This document shows positions 38,851 to 48,109 of a stretch of DNA of 64,000 nucleotides, one piece after another. The first letter of the stretch is position 1. Each line of letters opens with the position of its first letter. Made by a program: the position numbers and the translations under genes. Source of the DNA: an uncultured Gammaproteobacteria bacterium (GTDB lineage Bacteria; Patescibacteriota; Patescibacteriia; SG8-24). The stretch is taken from contig CAZBFO010000002.1 in NCBI GenBank assembly GCA_964491475.1, positions 277,841 through 341,840 of the forward strand, given 5' to 3'. Below the pieces are notes generated by a model, which saw only the letters and a list, made by a program, of their open reading frames with translations, was not told where the DNA came from and made no database searches.

Positions 38851-38859
38851 TGCTATACT
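38851..38859 (+). promoter_or_regulatory. Extended -10 element TGCTATACT for giant surface protein C
   Basis: The ATG at 38869 is 10 nt downstream. Confidence 0.45.
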
Positions 38860-38868
38860 TTTCGCGGT

Positions 38869-41800
38869 ATGCCAGCCAAAAAGACCCGGTCGCGAAAATC
38901 GTCCAAACCGTCGGCGGAGCACGGCGACTCCGTCCTGTTGCGATTGGCCGTCGGGGCGGTCCTGCTGGGCATGGTCTGGGCCGCAGTTCCGCTGGCGAAA
39001 GCGCTGACCACCACCATCACTTCCGTCGTCGATCAGGCGTTTTCGGCGGCGGTGACCGCGCCGTCGTCAGGCTCGACCATCAGCGGAACGGTGCCGTTGG
39101 AGGCGCGGGTCGCGGCTGCGGCGAGTTCGGGGATATTCACGCTTTCCGGCGGTCCGAACGGTTTGCAACAGCCCATACAGGGCACGCAAGACGCTTCGGA
39201 CGCGCTGAAGTGGACGGCCAAGCTTGATGCTTCCGTGCTTGTTGCCGGCACCTATGCCCTGGGATTTTCCGCCGTGCGCGCCGTCGACGGGCTGACAGCC
39301 AGTTCGCCGCAGATTTCCCTGATCGTCGCCGATCAGGCGCCGGCCAAGTACGTCATCACCTTCGTGTCGCCCAGATCGGGCTCAACGGTATCCGGCACTG
39401 TCGCGCTCACGGCCGGCGTGAACCTGGCAGCTGACTCGCTGACCTACGTCGTCACGCCCGTAGCCGGCGGGGGATTGGTAGAGTTGAAGTCGTCTTTTGA
39501 CGGCACGAACGGCACTTGGGTCGGCAGCTGGAATACCGCCGAATTTCCGAATGGCACCTATACCGTGGTGCCCCACGCCTTTCACGCCGCCGTGATGGAA
39601 GTGGGCGACCCCGTTACCTTGACCGTCAGCAATGCCGCTCCGCCTCCGACCTTCACCGCGACCGTGCGGACGCCCGCCTCGGGCAGCGCGCTGAAGGGCA
39701 TCGTGACGTTCAGCTCCGTCACCAACCTGGCCGCCACCGGCCTTGCCTATGTCGTGACCGATGCCGGCGGCGCGCCTGTCGCTTCGCTGAACGCCGCTCC
39801 TTCTAACGGCAGCCTGCAATGGGACGCGACTTGGGACACGACGGCAGTATCCAACGGCACCTATTCGCTCAAGGCCACCTCGATCCGTACGGGCGCGCAG
39901 GCGGAGGCCGGCCCGGTTTCCTTCACGATCGCCAACCAGGCCGCGTCGACGTTATTGACCGTCCTGATGGCCGCGCCGGCCAAGGGCGCGGTGGTCTCTG
40001 GCAGCGTGCAGGTGTACGCGCAGACTTCCCTGGCGGCAGACAGCCTTTCCTTCACCATCACCCAGACTTTCGGCAGCAAGCACGTCACGCAGCTTGCGGC
40101 GGCAGGAGGTCCGACCTCCTGGTATGCCGCCTGGGATTCTTCGGCATTGGAGCCGGGGGCCTACCTCATTCACGCCACGGCCCTGAAGGGCACGGGAACG
40201 AACGTGAGCGACGACGTCGCTTTCAGCGTCACGGCGCCGTCCGCCGGATCGCCGACGCCGGTCTCCGCTGCCGTCAACGTCACGGTGCCGGTTTCGGGCG
40301 CGACGGTCGCCGGTCAGATGAGCCTGGCTGCGCGCACGGACTCCGCCGTGGACCTCGCCGGGTTTGAGTTGCGCAACGCCGTCGCGCCGGACGCGGCGCC
40401 TGTCGCCACGGTGGCTGCCAGCGGAGCCGACGGCGGTACCTCGTGGACGGCGACGATGAACACTACCGCCATTCCCGACGGCGAATACGTGGTGGTGGCC
40501 GTCGTGACCCGCAACGGCGTGAAAGCCTCCAGCGCGGCCGTTCCCGTGCATTTGAAGAATCTCACCAGCGGCCAGGCGGCCGTGCCCTCTTTTGAAATCC
40601 GATCGCCCGCGCCCGGCGCCTCGGTCTCCGGCATCGTGCCTTTCTACGCCTCATCCTCGGCCGCCATCGACGGGCTGGCCTTCATTCTTCAGGGGCCGAC
40701 AGTACCCGGCAGCAGGATGGCGTTGCCGGCTACCGGCAACGCCGAAAAGACCGCATGGACGGTCAATTGGAATTCCGGAACGGTGCCCGACGGCAGCGTC
40801 TCCCTGTCGGCCGTGGCTTCGAAATCGGGACATGAGTCCGAGGGGGCGCCGCGCGCGTTCACGGTCGCCAACGGCGCTTCGGCCCCGGTGCAGCCTCCTC
40901 CGACCGCCACCGCGCCTCCGGCAGCGGCCACGACCTTCAAGGTGACCGTGGTCAATCCGGTGACCGGACAGATTTACGCCGGACAAGTGCCATTGGCCGC
41001 CGCCGTCGACGGCGGCACCGCGCTGAACGTGCGGTTCACCGTCGGTGCCGCGAGCGGCGGTGCCGTGGCGGACATCGACGCGCATTTCGATTCGAAGACC
41101 AAGCGCTGGGTGGCGCTCTGGAAGCCAGACGCCGCCGCAACCGGCACTTACGTCGTGACGGCGACGGCCCAAAATACCAGAGGCCAGACGGCGCAAAGCG
41201 AAAGGGTCAAAGTGCTTTTCGGCGCTTCTAGGCCGGGGGAGCCAGCCGCGCCCGGATCGCCGCCGTCGCCGCCGGAGGTGCCGAAGCCCGTCGTTTCGGG
41301 AGAAAAAGCGGCGCTCATCGTGAAAATCTCCTCGCCTGTCGCTTCGTCGGTATTGCGCGGACCGGCGGTACTTGCCGCAGACGCAGAGGGCGCGGCTGAA
41401 GTCGGTTTCGCCATCCGCCCGATCAAAGAAGGGGAGGCGACGACTCGACGCGCGGCCAGCGACGGAACGCGCTGGGTCGCTTATCTCGACACCACGGCAA
41501 TTCCTGACGGCGATTACGAAATCGAAGCTTCGGCCGTCGACGCCGCCGGCAATCGCGCGGTCTCGCAGCGTCTGCCTTTCGGCGTGCGCAACGCGGGCGG
41601 CGGGGCGCCCGTGAGCAGGGTGGACGTCGTGCCTCCCGCGGCAGTAGTCGCTTCGGTGCTCGAACGGCCGCAAGGATCCGTCTCGCTTTCCGCCGATCCG
41701 CTGCCGCAGTCCGTTTCGGACGCGACCGACCAGCTCAATGCCGACTGCATCGCCAGGAAAGTTCCCGCCGAGAGGTGTTCCGAATGGTTGGCTCGGCAGT

Positions 41801-42900
41801 CGGAGCGGCAGGAATGCGCGGCCGCCGGCATCGTCACCAAGGAAGAGTGCCTTGCCTATCTGAAATCCAAGCGCGGCGGACAGGTGGCAGCCTGCGAAGG
41901 CCGCACCGACGAAGACTGCGCCAAAGTCGTGGCCATCGCCACCGCCGACCTGATCTTTGACGCCGACCTGCGCGCTTTGCGCGACGCTGCCTTGCAGAAC
42001 GTGGGACGGGTGCTGCAAATGCCCCCGCGCGGCAAGCAGGCAGCAGGCGGCGGGGACATTCCTCCGGCGCCGCCCGGATTGGCAGACCTTTCGCCTTTCG
42101 CGGGAGAAGCGCCGGTGAACGTCGGCTTGCACGCCTCGCCCGGTTTCGGCACGACCGACGGCAACGTCGCCCATCAGAACCTGCCGGCCTTCGTAATGGT
42201 CGACACCGACGGTGACAACTTGCCGGACGACATCGAGCTCCGCCTGGGAACCGATCCGCGCAATCCCGATTCCGACGGCGACGGCTACAACGACGGCTTG
42301 GAAGTCGAACGCGGCTACAATCCGCTCGGTCCGGGGGCGCTTCTTGGGAACGTGACCTTGGCGCCGGTCGATCAGGCGGTCATCTCCGGCATTGCCATCG
42401 AGCAACCGACTGACGCGGGAACGGTCGCGCCTGACCTGAAGGTGGAGACGGCAGTCGCCCAAAAGGAAAAGGAAGGCACCTTCACCATCGGGGGCCGCGC
42501 CAAGCCGCACGACGTCGTGACGGTGTTCGTCTACAGCTACCTGCCGGTCGTGTTCACTACCGCCGCCAAGGACGACGGCACCTGGACCTACGATCTCGGA
42601 ACGGGCCTGGCCGACGGGCAGCACGAGGCCTACGCGACCGTGACCGACGACACGGGAAAGATTTCCGCCAAGAGCGAACCGCTGTCGTTCTTCGTCTCCG
42701 GCGCGAAGGCCGTGACGCAGGATGAATTCTTCAATCCCTCCTCGTCGCCGCTTTCCGCCGCGGCGGTGGCGGCACCCAGCCAGGCGCTGCTCGGCTGGTA
42801 CATCGGCGCAGTGGCGATGCTGATGGGCATCGCGCTGGTCGTCTCGTTCCTGCTGTTCATGCGGCCAAAAAAGAATCAGCCGCCTCCTCCGTCGCAATAG
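38869..42900 (+). CDS. Giant surface protein, paralog C (1343 aa). Domain order: signal/TM, about 9-10 tandem Ig-like domains, a Cys-rich module, TSP3-like Asp boxes, an Ig-like domain, a TM anchor and a Pro-rich tail.
   Basis: A repeated ~100-aa unit (P.SGS.VSGTV.L.A...L.YVVT...W....W.T....NGTY). The Cys module DCIARKVPAERCSEWL...ECAAAGIVTKEECLAYLKSKRGGQVAACEGRTDEDC is homologous to paralog A. DTDGDNLPDDIELRLGTDPRNPDSDGDGYNDG. TM helix WYIGAVAMLMGIALVVSFLLF followed by KKNQPPPPSQ. Confidence 0.8.
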   Translation: MPAKKTRSRKSSKPSAEHGDSVLLRLAVGAVLLGMVWAAVPLAKALTTTITSVVDQAFSAAVTAPSSGSTISGTVPLEARVAAAASSGIFTLSGGPNGLQQPIQGTQDASDALKWTAKLDASVLVAGTYALGFSAVRAVDGLTASSPQISLIVADQAPAKYVITFVSPRSGSTVSGTVALTAGVNLAADSLTYVVTPVAGGGLVELKSSFDGTNGTWVGSWNTAEFPNGTYTVVPHAFHAAVMEVGDPVTLTVSNAAPPPTFTATVRTPASGSALKGIVTFSSVTNLAATGLAYVVTDAGGAPVASLNAAPSNGSLQWDATWDTTAVSNGTYSLKATSIRTGAQAEAGPVSFTIANQAASTLLTVLMAAPAKGAVVSGSVQVYAQTSLAADSLSFTITQTFGSKHVTQLAAAGGPTSWYAAWDSSALEPGAYLIHATALKGTGTNVSDDVAFSVTAPSAGSPTPVSAAVNVTVPVSGATVAGQMSLAARTDSAVDLAGFELRNAVAPDAAPVATVAASGADGGTSWTATMNTTAIPDGEYVVVAVVTRNGVKASSAAVPVHLKNLTSGQAAVPSFEIRSPAPGASVSGIVPFYASSSAAIDGLAFILQGPTVPGSRMALPATGNAEKTAWTVNWNSGTVPDGSVSLSAVASKSGHESEGAPRAFTVANGASAPVQPPPTATAPPAAATTFKVTVVNPVTGQIYAGQVPLAAAVDGGTALNVRFTVGAASGGAVADIDAHFDSKTKRWVALWKPDAAATGTYVVTATAQNTRGQTAQSERVKVLFGASRPGEPAAPGSPPSPPEVPKPVVSGEKAALIVKISSPVASSVLRGPAVLAADAEGAAEVGFAIRPIKEGEATTRRAASDGTRWVAYLDTTAIPDGDYEIEASAVDAAGNRAVSQRLPFGVRNAGGGAPVSRVDVVPPAAVVASVLERPQGSVSLSADPLPQSVSDATDQLNADCIARKVPAERCSEWLARQSERQECAAAGIVTKEECLAYLKSKRGGQVAACEGRTDEDCAKVVAIATADLIFDADLRALRDAALQNVGRVLQMPPRGKQAAGGGDIPPAPPGLADLSPFAGEAPVNVGLHASPGFGTTDGNVAHQNLPAFVMVDTDGDNLPDDIELRLGTDPRNPDSDGDGYNDGLEVERGYNPLGPGALLGNVTLAPVDQAVISGIAIEQPTDAGTVAPDLKVETAVAQKEKEGTFTIGGRAKPHDVVTVFVYSYLPVVFTTAAKDDGTWTYDLGTGLADGQHEAYATVTDDTGKISAKSEPLSFFVSGAKAVTQDEFFNPSSSPLSAAAVAAPSQALLGWYIGAVAMLMGIALVVSFLLFMRPKKNQPPPPSQ
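39050..41270 (+). repeat. About 9-10 tandem ~100-aa Ig-like (Big-like) domain repeats (protein level) in surface protein C
   Basis: Recurrent SGSTVSGTV.L.A....AADSLTYVVT...W.A.WDT.A.PNGTY... units. The nucleotide sequences have diverged. Confidence 0.55.
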
Positions 42901-42903
42901 CCG

Positions 42904-43812
42904 ATGTCCAGAGCAGCCAGATCATCAAAAACGCGCAGGTCGTCCGCCCTGTTTTTCCGGCGGACGATCTTGCGTTGGTTCGCGTCGCATGGACGTGACT
43001 TGCCTTGGCGCCGCACCCGCGATCCCTGGCGCATCCTGGTGTCCGAAATCATGCTGCAGCAGACGCAGGTGGATCGGGTGATTCCCAAGTATGAGGCCTT
43101 TCTGGCCAAGTGGCCGACGCCGGCGACCTTCGCCGATTCGAGCCTGGGCGACGCGCTTTCGACCTGGAGCGGGCTGGGCTACAACCGCCGCTGCAGGCAT
43201 CTGCACCTTGCCGCCAAGGAAATCGTCGCGCGTCACGGTGGAGCGACGCCGACGGACGTCGAGGCGCTGTTGGCGTTGCCGGGCATCGGTCCTTATACCG
43301 CGCGCGCCGTCGCCTCGTTTTCCGCCAACGCCGACGTGGTGCTGTGGGACACCAATGTCCGGCGCATCGTCCTGCGTCACTTCTTCCGCGGAGAGTTTGC
43401 CGGACGGACTCCCGATGATGCCGAGCTGCATGCGGCGCTGGAGGCCGCCTTTCCCGAGGGTCGGTCGCGCGATTGGCATAACGCCCTGATGGACTTCGGG
43501 TCGGCCGTCTGCACGGGACGTTCGCCGTCCTGCGCCGCCTGTCCGCTGCGACGCACCTGCCTTGCTGCCCCGAAGTTCCTGGGCGGGCACGCTGCCAAAG
43601 TGCGGCTGGTGAAACCGCAGGCGCGATTCGAAGGTTCGCGACGTCAGGCTCGCGGCGCGATCCTGCGTGCGCTCGCCGCTGCGGGCAAGAAGGGCGCAGC
43701 CCTCAAGGAACTGCAGGCCGGATTGCGGGATCATGACGCCGGGGTGCTGATGGAGGCGTTGGTCAAAGAGGGGATGGCGGTACGGAAAGGCGCGAAGGCG
43801 TACCTTCCGTGA
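42904..43812 (+). CDS. mutY: A/G-specific adenine DNA glycosylase MutY-like protein (HhH-GPD catalytic domain plus a 4Fe-4S loop, with no NUDIX domain)
   Basis: WFASHGRDLPWR...ILVSEIMLQQTQV...WSGLGYNRR...LPGIGPYTA and CTGRSPSCAACPLRRTC. At 302 aa it lacks the C-terminal MutT-like domain. Confidence 0.8.
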   Translation: MSRAARSSKTRRSSALFFRRTILRWFASHGRDLPWRRTRDPWRILVSEIMLQQTQVDRVIPKYEAFLAKWPTPATFADSSLGDALSTWSGLGYNRRCRHLHLAAKEIVARHGGATPTDVEALLALPGIGPYTARAVASFSANADVVLWDTNVRRIVLRHFFRGEFAGRTPDDAELHAALEAAFPEGRSRDWHNALMDFGSAVCTGRSPSCAACPLRRTCLAAPKFLGGHAAKVRLVKPQARFEGSRRQARGAILRALAAAGKKGAALKELQAGLRDHDAGVLMEALVKEGMAVRKGAKAYLP

Positions 43813-43874
43813 CCCTGCCCCTTTCGCGTACATCTGGTATTCTGTAGCTGTACCTCTTCCCGTTGATGACGCTT

Positions 43875-44750
43875 ATGAAGAAAGTCCGATTTATAGCCAT
43901 TTTGCTGGCAGTTTGCCTCGCCGGATACCTGCTCGGCCGCGCCACGTCCACCGGCGACGTGCGCGGCATCGCCGGGGGCGTACACAAAGACATCCCGCTC
44001 TTTCCGGCTCCACCCAAGGCCGACCTGGCAATCAAGCCGGACGCGCCGCCGAAGCCGGACGTGAACGTCATCATCGAAACGCCCGAGGAAGGCACTCGTC
44101 CGCCCGGTCCGGCGTTCGAAGTCTCCGGCCGCGCCAAGGTCGGAGTGGAGAACGTACGTATCACCGTCACCGACAGCAACGGGAGCCCGCTGTACGACCA
44201 GGTGGCCGTCGTGGCCCCTGCCCCGGGCGGTCCCTTCGGCAGGTTCGTAGCCATCGTCAACTTGGTCAGCGCCCCGACCGCCCCCGTGACGCTCACCGTC
44301 ACTCGTGACGCTGCGGCCAACGAGACCGTCACGCGCACGGTCCTTTACGGCCAGCCCGACCAGGTCGGCCTCAAGGTCTACTTCAAAAACGACGGCATGA
44401 ATTCCGACAAGGCCTGCGAACTGGTCTTTCCGGTGGTCCGCACCGTTTCCGGAAAGATCGCCATCTACCGCGCGGCCATCGAGGCGCTGCTCGCGGGACC
44501 GAACGCCGATGAGGTGTCTGGCGGGTACGCTACCGCCATACCGGGCAGCGTCATCCTCAAATCGGTCGCTGCCGACAGCAGCGGCACCGTGACCGCCGAT
44601 TTCAACGAACGGCTTTCCAACGGCGTGACCGGCACCTGTCGCATCGGTGCGCTGCGGGCGCAGATCGCGGCGACGCTCAAGCAGTTCCCCGAAGTCCACG
44701 ACGTCATCATCTCGGTCAACGGCAGGTCCGAAAACGTCCTGCAGCCGTAA
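43875..44750 (+). CDS. GerMN-domain secreted protein
   Basis: Signal peptide MKKVRFIAILLAVCLAGYLLG and a C-terminal GerMN domain (VKVYFKNDG...ACELVFPVVRTVS...AIEALLAGP). Two alternative ATGs lie 9-12 nt upstream. Confidence 0.7.
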   Translation: MKKVRFIAILLAVCLAGYLLGRATSTGDVRGIAGGVHKDIPLFPAPPKADLAIKPDAPPKPDVNVIIETPEEGTRPPGPAFEVSGRAKVGVENVRITVTDSNGSPLYDQVAVVAPAPGGPFGRFVAIVNLVSAPTAPVTLTVTRDAAANETVTRTVLYGQPDQVGLKVYFKNDGMNSDKACELVFPVVRTVSGKIAIYRAAIEALLAGPNADEVSGGYATAIPGSVILKSVAADSSGTVTADFNERLSNGVTGTCRIGALRAQIAATLKQFPEVHDVIISVNGRSENVLQP

Positions 44751-44777
44751 CGGCTCACCCTCCTAAACCGCATCACC

Positions 44778-45209
44778 ATGTCCAAGGTCACGCAGGCCAT
44801 TCACGAGGGTTGGGAAGCGATTCTTCGTCGCGACATCGACGAGGCCGAGCATTTGTTTGCCGAAGCGACCGAAGCCGACCCGGAAGCCGCTGACGGTTGG
44901 AACGGCGTCGGTGCGGTGCATTTCGAAAAAGGGGAGCTGGAACGGTCGCTGGAGAGCTACGAGCGCGCCCTGAAAGCCGCCAAAAAGGCCCTTGGCGGCA
45001 AACTGCCGGCTCGCCTCGCCTGGGACGATCACGGCAAGCCGGCGCTGCGGGCGCTGCACGGCGTCGGACTCAACCGCTACCGCATGGGACATCTCGACGA
45101 GGCCGTCGAATCGTTCGAACAGCTGCTCGCGCTGAATCCGGAAGACAATCAGGGCGCGCACTTTCTCCTGCAGGACGCCAAAAAGAAGAAGTCACTTTGG
45201 AAAAAATAA
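44778..45209 (+). CDS. Tetratricopeptide-repeat protein
   Basis: TPR-like helical repeats (AEHLFAEATEADPEAADGWNGVGAVHFEKGELERSLESYERALK). Confidence 0.7.
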   Translation: MSKVTQAIHEGWEAILRRDIDEAEHLFAEATEADPEAADGWNGVGAVHFEKGELERSLESYERALKAAKKALGGKLPARLAWDDHGKPALRALHGVGLNRYRMGHLDEAVESFEQLLALNPEDNQGAHFLLQDAKKKKSLWKK

Positions 45210-45221
45210 GCCCACGATCGT

Positions 45222-46403
45222 ATGAAGAAGTTCCTCTTCCTGCTGCTGGTGGCCGGCGGATCGGTGTTCGCCTACTTTTGGTACGTGAGGGGGATAAATC
45301 TTCTGCAGATGGAGGATGCCAACCCGCTGCCCTACTACGGCATCGCCATGCGTCTTCCTCCAAAGCAGGCCGACGGCAAGCGCGCCGCTACCGTCAATGT
45401 CGACGCCTATCAGTGGTATGCAGCCGCGTCGATGCTGAAGCCGAGGGTCAGCGCGGCGGTGGCGGCGATCGATTCGCATGTGTACGTCATGGGCGGCGTC
45501 GACGGTTTCGACCGCACTCTGGCTGACGTCGAAATGTACGACACCAAGAGCGACACTTGGACCAAGCTGCATCCGATGCCGCGCGCCACCGAGGACGCGG
45601 CCGTTGCTGTGGTCGACGGCAAGATCTACGTTTTCGGGGGGTTCCAGGGCTTGGCGGACAATCCCCTCGACAGCCTGCTGGTGTACGATCCGTCCACGGA
45701 CGAATGGAAGCAGGGACATGATCTGCCGGCCGCCGTCGGCGGCGCCGCGGCCGTGGCGGTCGACGGAAAGATTCACCTGTTCGGCGGCAAGTCGCTCGGC
45801 ACGGACGTGGACACCCACTCCGTCTATGACCCTGCGACCGACGGCTGGGAGAACTCCCTCGAGATGAACGTGGGGCGCGAGCGCGCCGACGCCCTGCTGG
45901 TCGGCCGTAAAATTTACCTTGTCGGCGGACGCCAGGGATCCTTGGTGTACAACCTGGATTCGGTCGAGGTGTATGACATCGACCGCAACACTTGGGACAC
46001 GGTCAGCCTGATGCCGCGCAAGCGGAGCAATCACGTCGCCCTGCTGTTCCAAGGGAAGATTTACGTCTTCGGCGGCGAGGCGCCGACATTGACCTTTGGG
46101 GACGTCGACGTCTATGACGTCGCCGCAAACCGCTGGTCGACCATGAAGACGACGCTGCCGCATCCGCGCTACGGGCTTGGCGGCGCGGTGGTGGACGGCA
46201 AGTTCTTCCTGGTGGGCGGCGGCCAGCGGCCCGGCCTGTCCGTATCCGATTTCAACGAGGTGTTCGCCCCGCCGGCCGCTGGACTCGCTGCGGAAACCGC
46301 TCCCGCGCCTGCGCCGACCAACGTGAACGCGCCCGCGTCCAAGCCGGCCACGACAAAGAAGAAGCCCGCGACCGCTCCCAAAACGACCGCCCCCGCCCCA
46401 TGA
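45222..46403 (+). CDS. Kelch-repeat beta-propeller protein, membrane anchored
   Basis: N-terminal TM helix. Six Kelch blades (YVMGG, YVFGG, HLFGGK, YLVGG, YVFGG, FLVGGG). A-P-T-rich tail. Confidence 0.8.
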   Translation: MKKFLFLLLVAGGSVFAYFWYVRGINLLQMEDANPLPYYGIAMRLPPKQADGKRAATVNVDAYQWYAAASMLKPRVSAAVAAIDSHVYVMGGVDGFDRTLADVEMYDTKSDTWTKLHPMPRATEDAAVAVVDGKIYVFGGFQGLADNPLDSLLVYDPSTDEWKQGHDLPAAVGGAAAVAVDGKIHLFGGKSLGTDVDTHSVYDPATDGWENSLEMNVGRERADALLVGRKIYLVGGRQGSLVYNLDSVEVYDIDRNTWDTVSLMPRKRSNHVALLFQGKIYVFGGEAPTLTFGDVDVYDVAANRWSTMKTTLPHPRYGLGGAVVDGKFFLVGGGQRPGLSVSDFNEVFAPPAAGLAAETAPAPAPTNVNAPASKPATTKKKPATAPKTTAPAP

Positions 46404-47644
46404 ACGCGCTGACCGTTTCCCAATTCGTCGAGTTCCTGAACACCGCCCTGGCCACGGCGGTGTTTCCTGAAGGCGCCGTGATCGAAGGCGAGGTCGTGGA
46501 ATACCGCATGTCCCAAGGCAAGTGGATCTGGTTCAAGCTGAAGGACGAGTCCGCCGTGGTGGACTGCTTCGCCACCGTCTGGCAGCTGCGGACGCCGCTG
46601 GAAGACGGCATGAAAGTGCGCGCCTACGGCATGCCCAAGGTGCACCCGAAGAGCGGCAAGTTCTCCGTGAACGTGGAACGGGTGGAGCTGGTGGGCGAGG
46701 GAGCCCTTCGCCGCGCTTTCGAGCTGCTCAAGAAGAAGCTGGAAGCCGAAGGCCTGTTCAGCGCCGCGCGCAAGCGCCTGTTGCCGCGCTTCCCGCGCAA
46801 GATCGGCCTTATCGCTTCTGCCGAATCCGCGGCGTACGGGGACTTCATGCGCATTCTCGGCAACCGCTGGGGCGGGTTGGAAATCGCCCTGGCCGACGTG
46901 TCGGTGCAGGGCCGCGATGCCGTGGCCGAAATCACCTCGGCTTTCCGCTGGTTCAACGCCCATCCTGACGCGGCCGAAGTGCTGGTGCTGACCCGCGGCG
47001 GCGGCTCGATGGAGGACCTGCAGGCGTTCAACTCCGAAGAAGTGGCCCGTGCGGTGTTCTCGTCGCTGCTTCCCGTCATCGTCGGCGTCGGTCACGAGCG
47101 CGACGAGTCCCTGGCCGACTATGCCGCCGACGTCCGCGCCTCCACGCCGTCCAACGCCGCCGAGCGGCTGGTCCCGGATCGCCGGGACATCCTGTCGTTC
47201 ATCGACGGGGGAGTGCGCCGGATGGATGCCGGCATGCGCGGCGCGCTCGTCGGAAAGCAAGACGCCATCGAGTCCCTCGCCGGCAGAATCGAAGCCCACG
47301 CCCGCCGCGGCATCGACCGGTTCCGTCACCTCCTCAAGGATTTCGCCAACCGCTTCACCGGTTTCGAGGCGTCGTTCAGAGAGCGGGCAACCGCCATCCT
47401 GACGTTGAACGCCAGATTGGCGACCGGCGCCAAATACTGGATGTCGCATCTCACGCAGGAACTCGAGTCCCGGGAGCGCCTGCTGAAGTCGATGGACCCC
47501 AACCGACCGCTGCAGTTGGGTTACGCCCTGGTGAGGGGTCCCGACGGTCTTGTCACCGACGCTTCCAAAATAGAAATCGGCACCAAGGTGGAAATCGCGT
47601 TGAGAAGGGGAACTCTCGAAACCGAAGTGGTAGGAAAGAAGTAA
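46400..47644 (+). CDS. xseA: Exodeoxyribonuclease VII large subunit
   Basis: N-terminal OB-fold (LTVSQFVEFLNTALATAVFP...VEGEVVEYR...GKWIWFKLKDE) and a catalytic core (IGLIASAESAAYGDF...LTRGGGSMEDL). An ATGA overlap with the Kelch gene stop. Confidence 0.9.
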   Translation: MNALTVSQFVEFLNTALATAVFPEGAVIEGEVVEYRMSQGKWIWFKLKDESAVVDCFATVWQLRTPLEDGMKVRAYGMPKVHPKSGKFSVNVERVELVGEGALRRAFELLKKKLEAEGLFSAARKRLLPRFPRKIGLIASAESAAYGDFMRILGNRWGGLEIALADVSVQGRDAVAEITSAFRWFNAHPDAAEVLVLTRGGGSMEDLQAFNSEEVARAVFSSLLPVIVGVGHERDESLADYAADVRASTPSNAAERLVPDRRDILSFIDGGVRRMDAGMRGALVGKQDAIESLAGRIEAHARRGIDRFRHLLKDFANRFTGFEASFRERATAILTLNARLATGAKYWMSHLTQELESRERLLKSMDPNRPLQLGYALVRGPDGLVTDASKIEIGTKVEIALRRGTLETEVVGKK

Positions 47645-47802
47645 CGTCTTGCGCATATCGAACCGGGGGTGGCAGGGGGTGGGGGACCCCGTCAGCGCGG
47701 AGGTCGCCCGCAGGCGACCGAGCACTGCCGGGGGTGACCCCCTGACAGGACCCCCGGCCCGCATGGCAGCAACATCCTTATAAGTGATTAACTTGGTATC
47801 GC
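47645..47802 (+). other. Structured GC-rich spacer between xseA and xseB (G5/C5 runs, alternative hairpins, possible G-quadruplex)
   Basis: G5 runs at about 47664-47684 (GGGGGTGGCAGGGGGTGGGGGACCCC). Hairpin GGTCGCC-CGCA-GGCGACC. The overlapping hairpins GCCGGGGG...CCCCCGGC and GGGGG-TGA-CCCCC are mutually exclusive. xseA/xseB are usually contiguous or overlapping. Confidence 0.45.
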
Positions 47803-48060
47803 ATGTCACCCAAATCCAAAGGAGAAAAATCCCCCGAAGGTTTCGACTTCGGCAAGTCCTACAAGGAGCTGGAAGAGATCGTCGACTGGTTCGAACAGGA
47901 AGAAGTCGATCTTGACGAGGGCCTCAAGAAGTTCGAGCGCGGCCTGCAGCTCGCCAAGGCCTGCAAATCGCGCCTCAAGGAGGTCGAGAACAAGGTCACG
48001 CAGATCAAGGCCAAGTTCGGCGAGCTGGAAGACGACAGGGAACAGTCCTCGCTCATCTAG
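47803..48060 (+). CDS. xseB: Exodeoxyribonuclease VII small subunit
   Basis: FDFGKSYKELEEIVDWFEQEEVDLDEGLKKFERGLQLAKACKSRLKEVENKV is a typical XseB helical hairpin. Confidence 0.85.
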   Translation: MSPKSKGEKSPEGFDFGKSYKELEEIVDWFEQEEVDLDEGLKKFERGLQLAKACKSRLKEVENKVTQIKAKFGELEDDREQSSLI

Positions 48061-48091
48061 CGGGCCGCCTCTCGTCAGGGGGTCGCTTTTG

Positions 48092-48100
48092 TGCTATACT
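48092..48100 (+). promoter_or_regulatory. Extended -10 element TGCTATACT
   Basis: The ATG at 48110 is 10 nt downstream. Confidence 0.45.
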
Positions 48101-48109
48101 GAAACGGAT

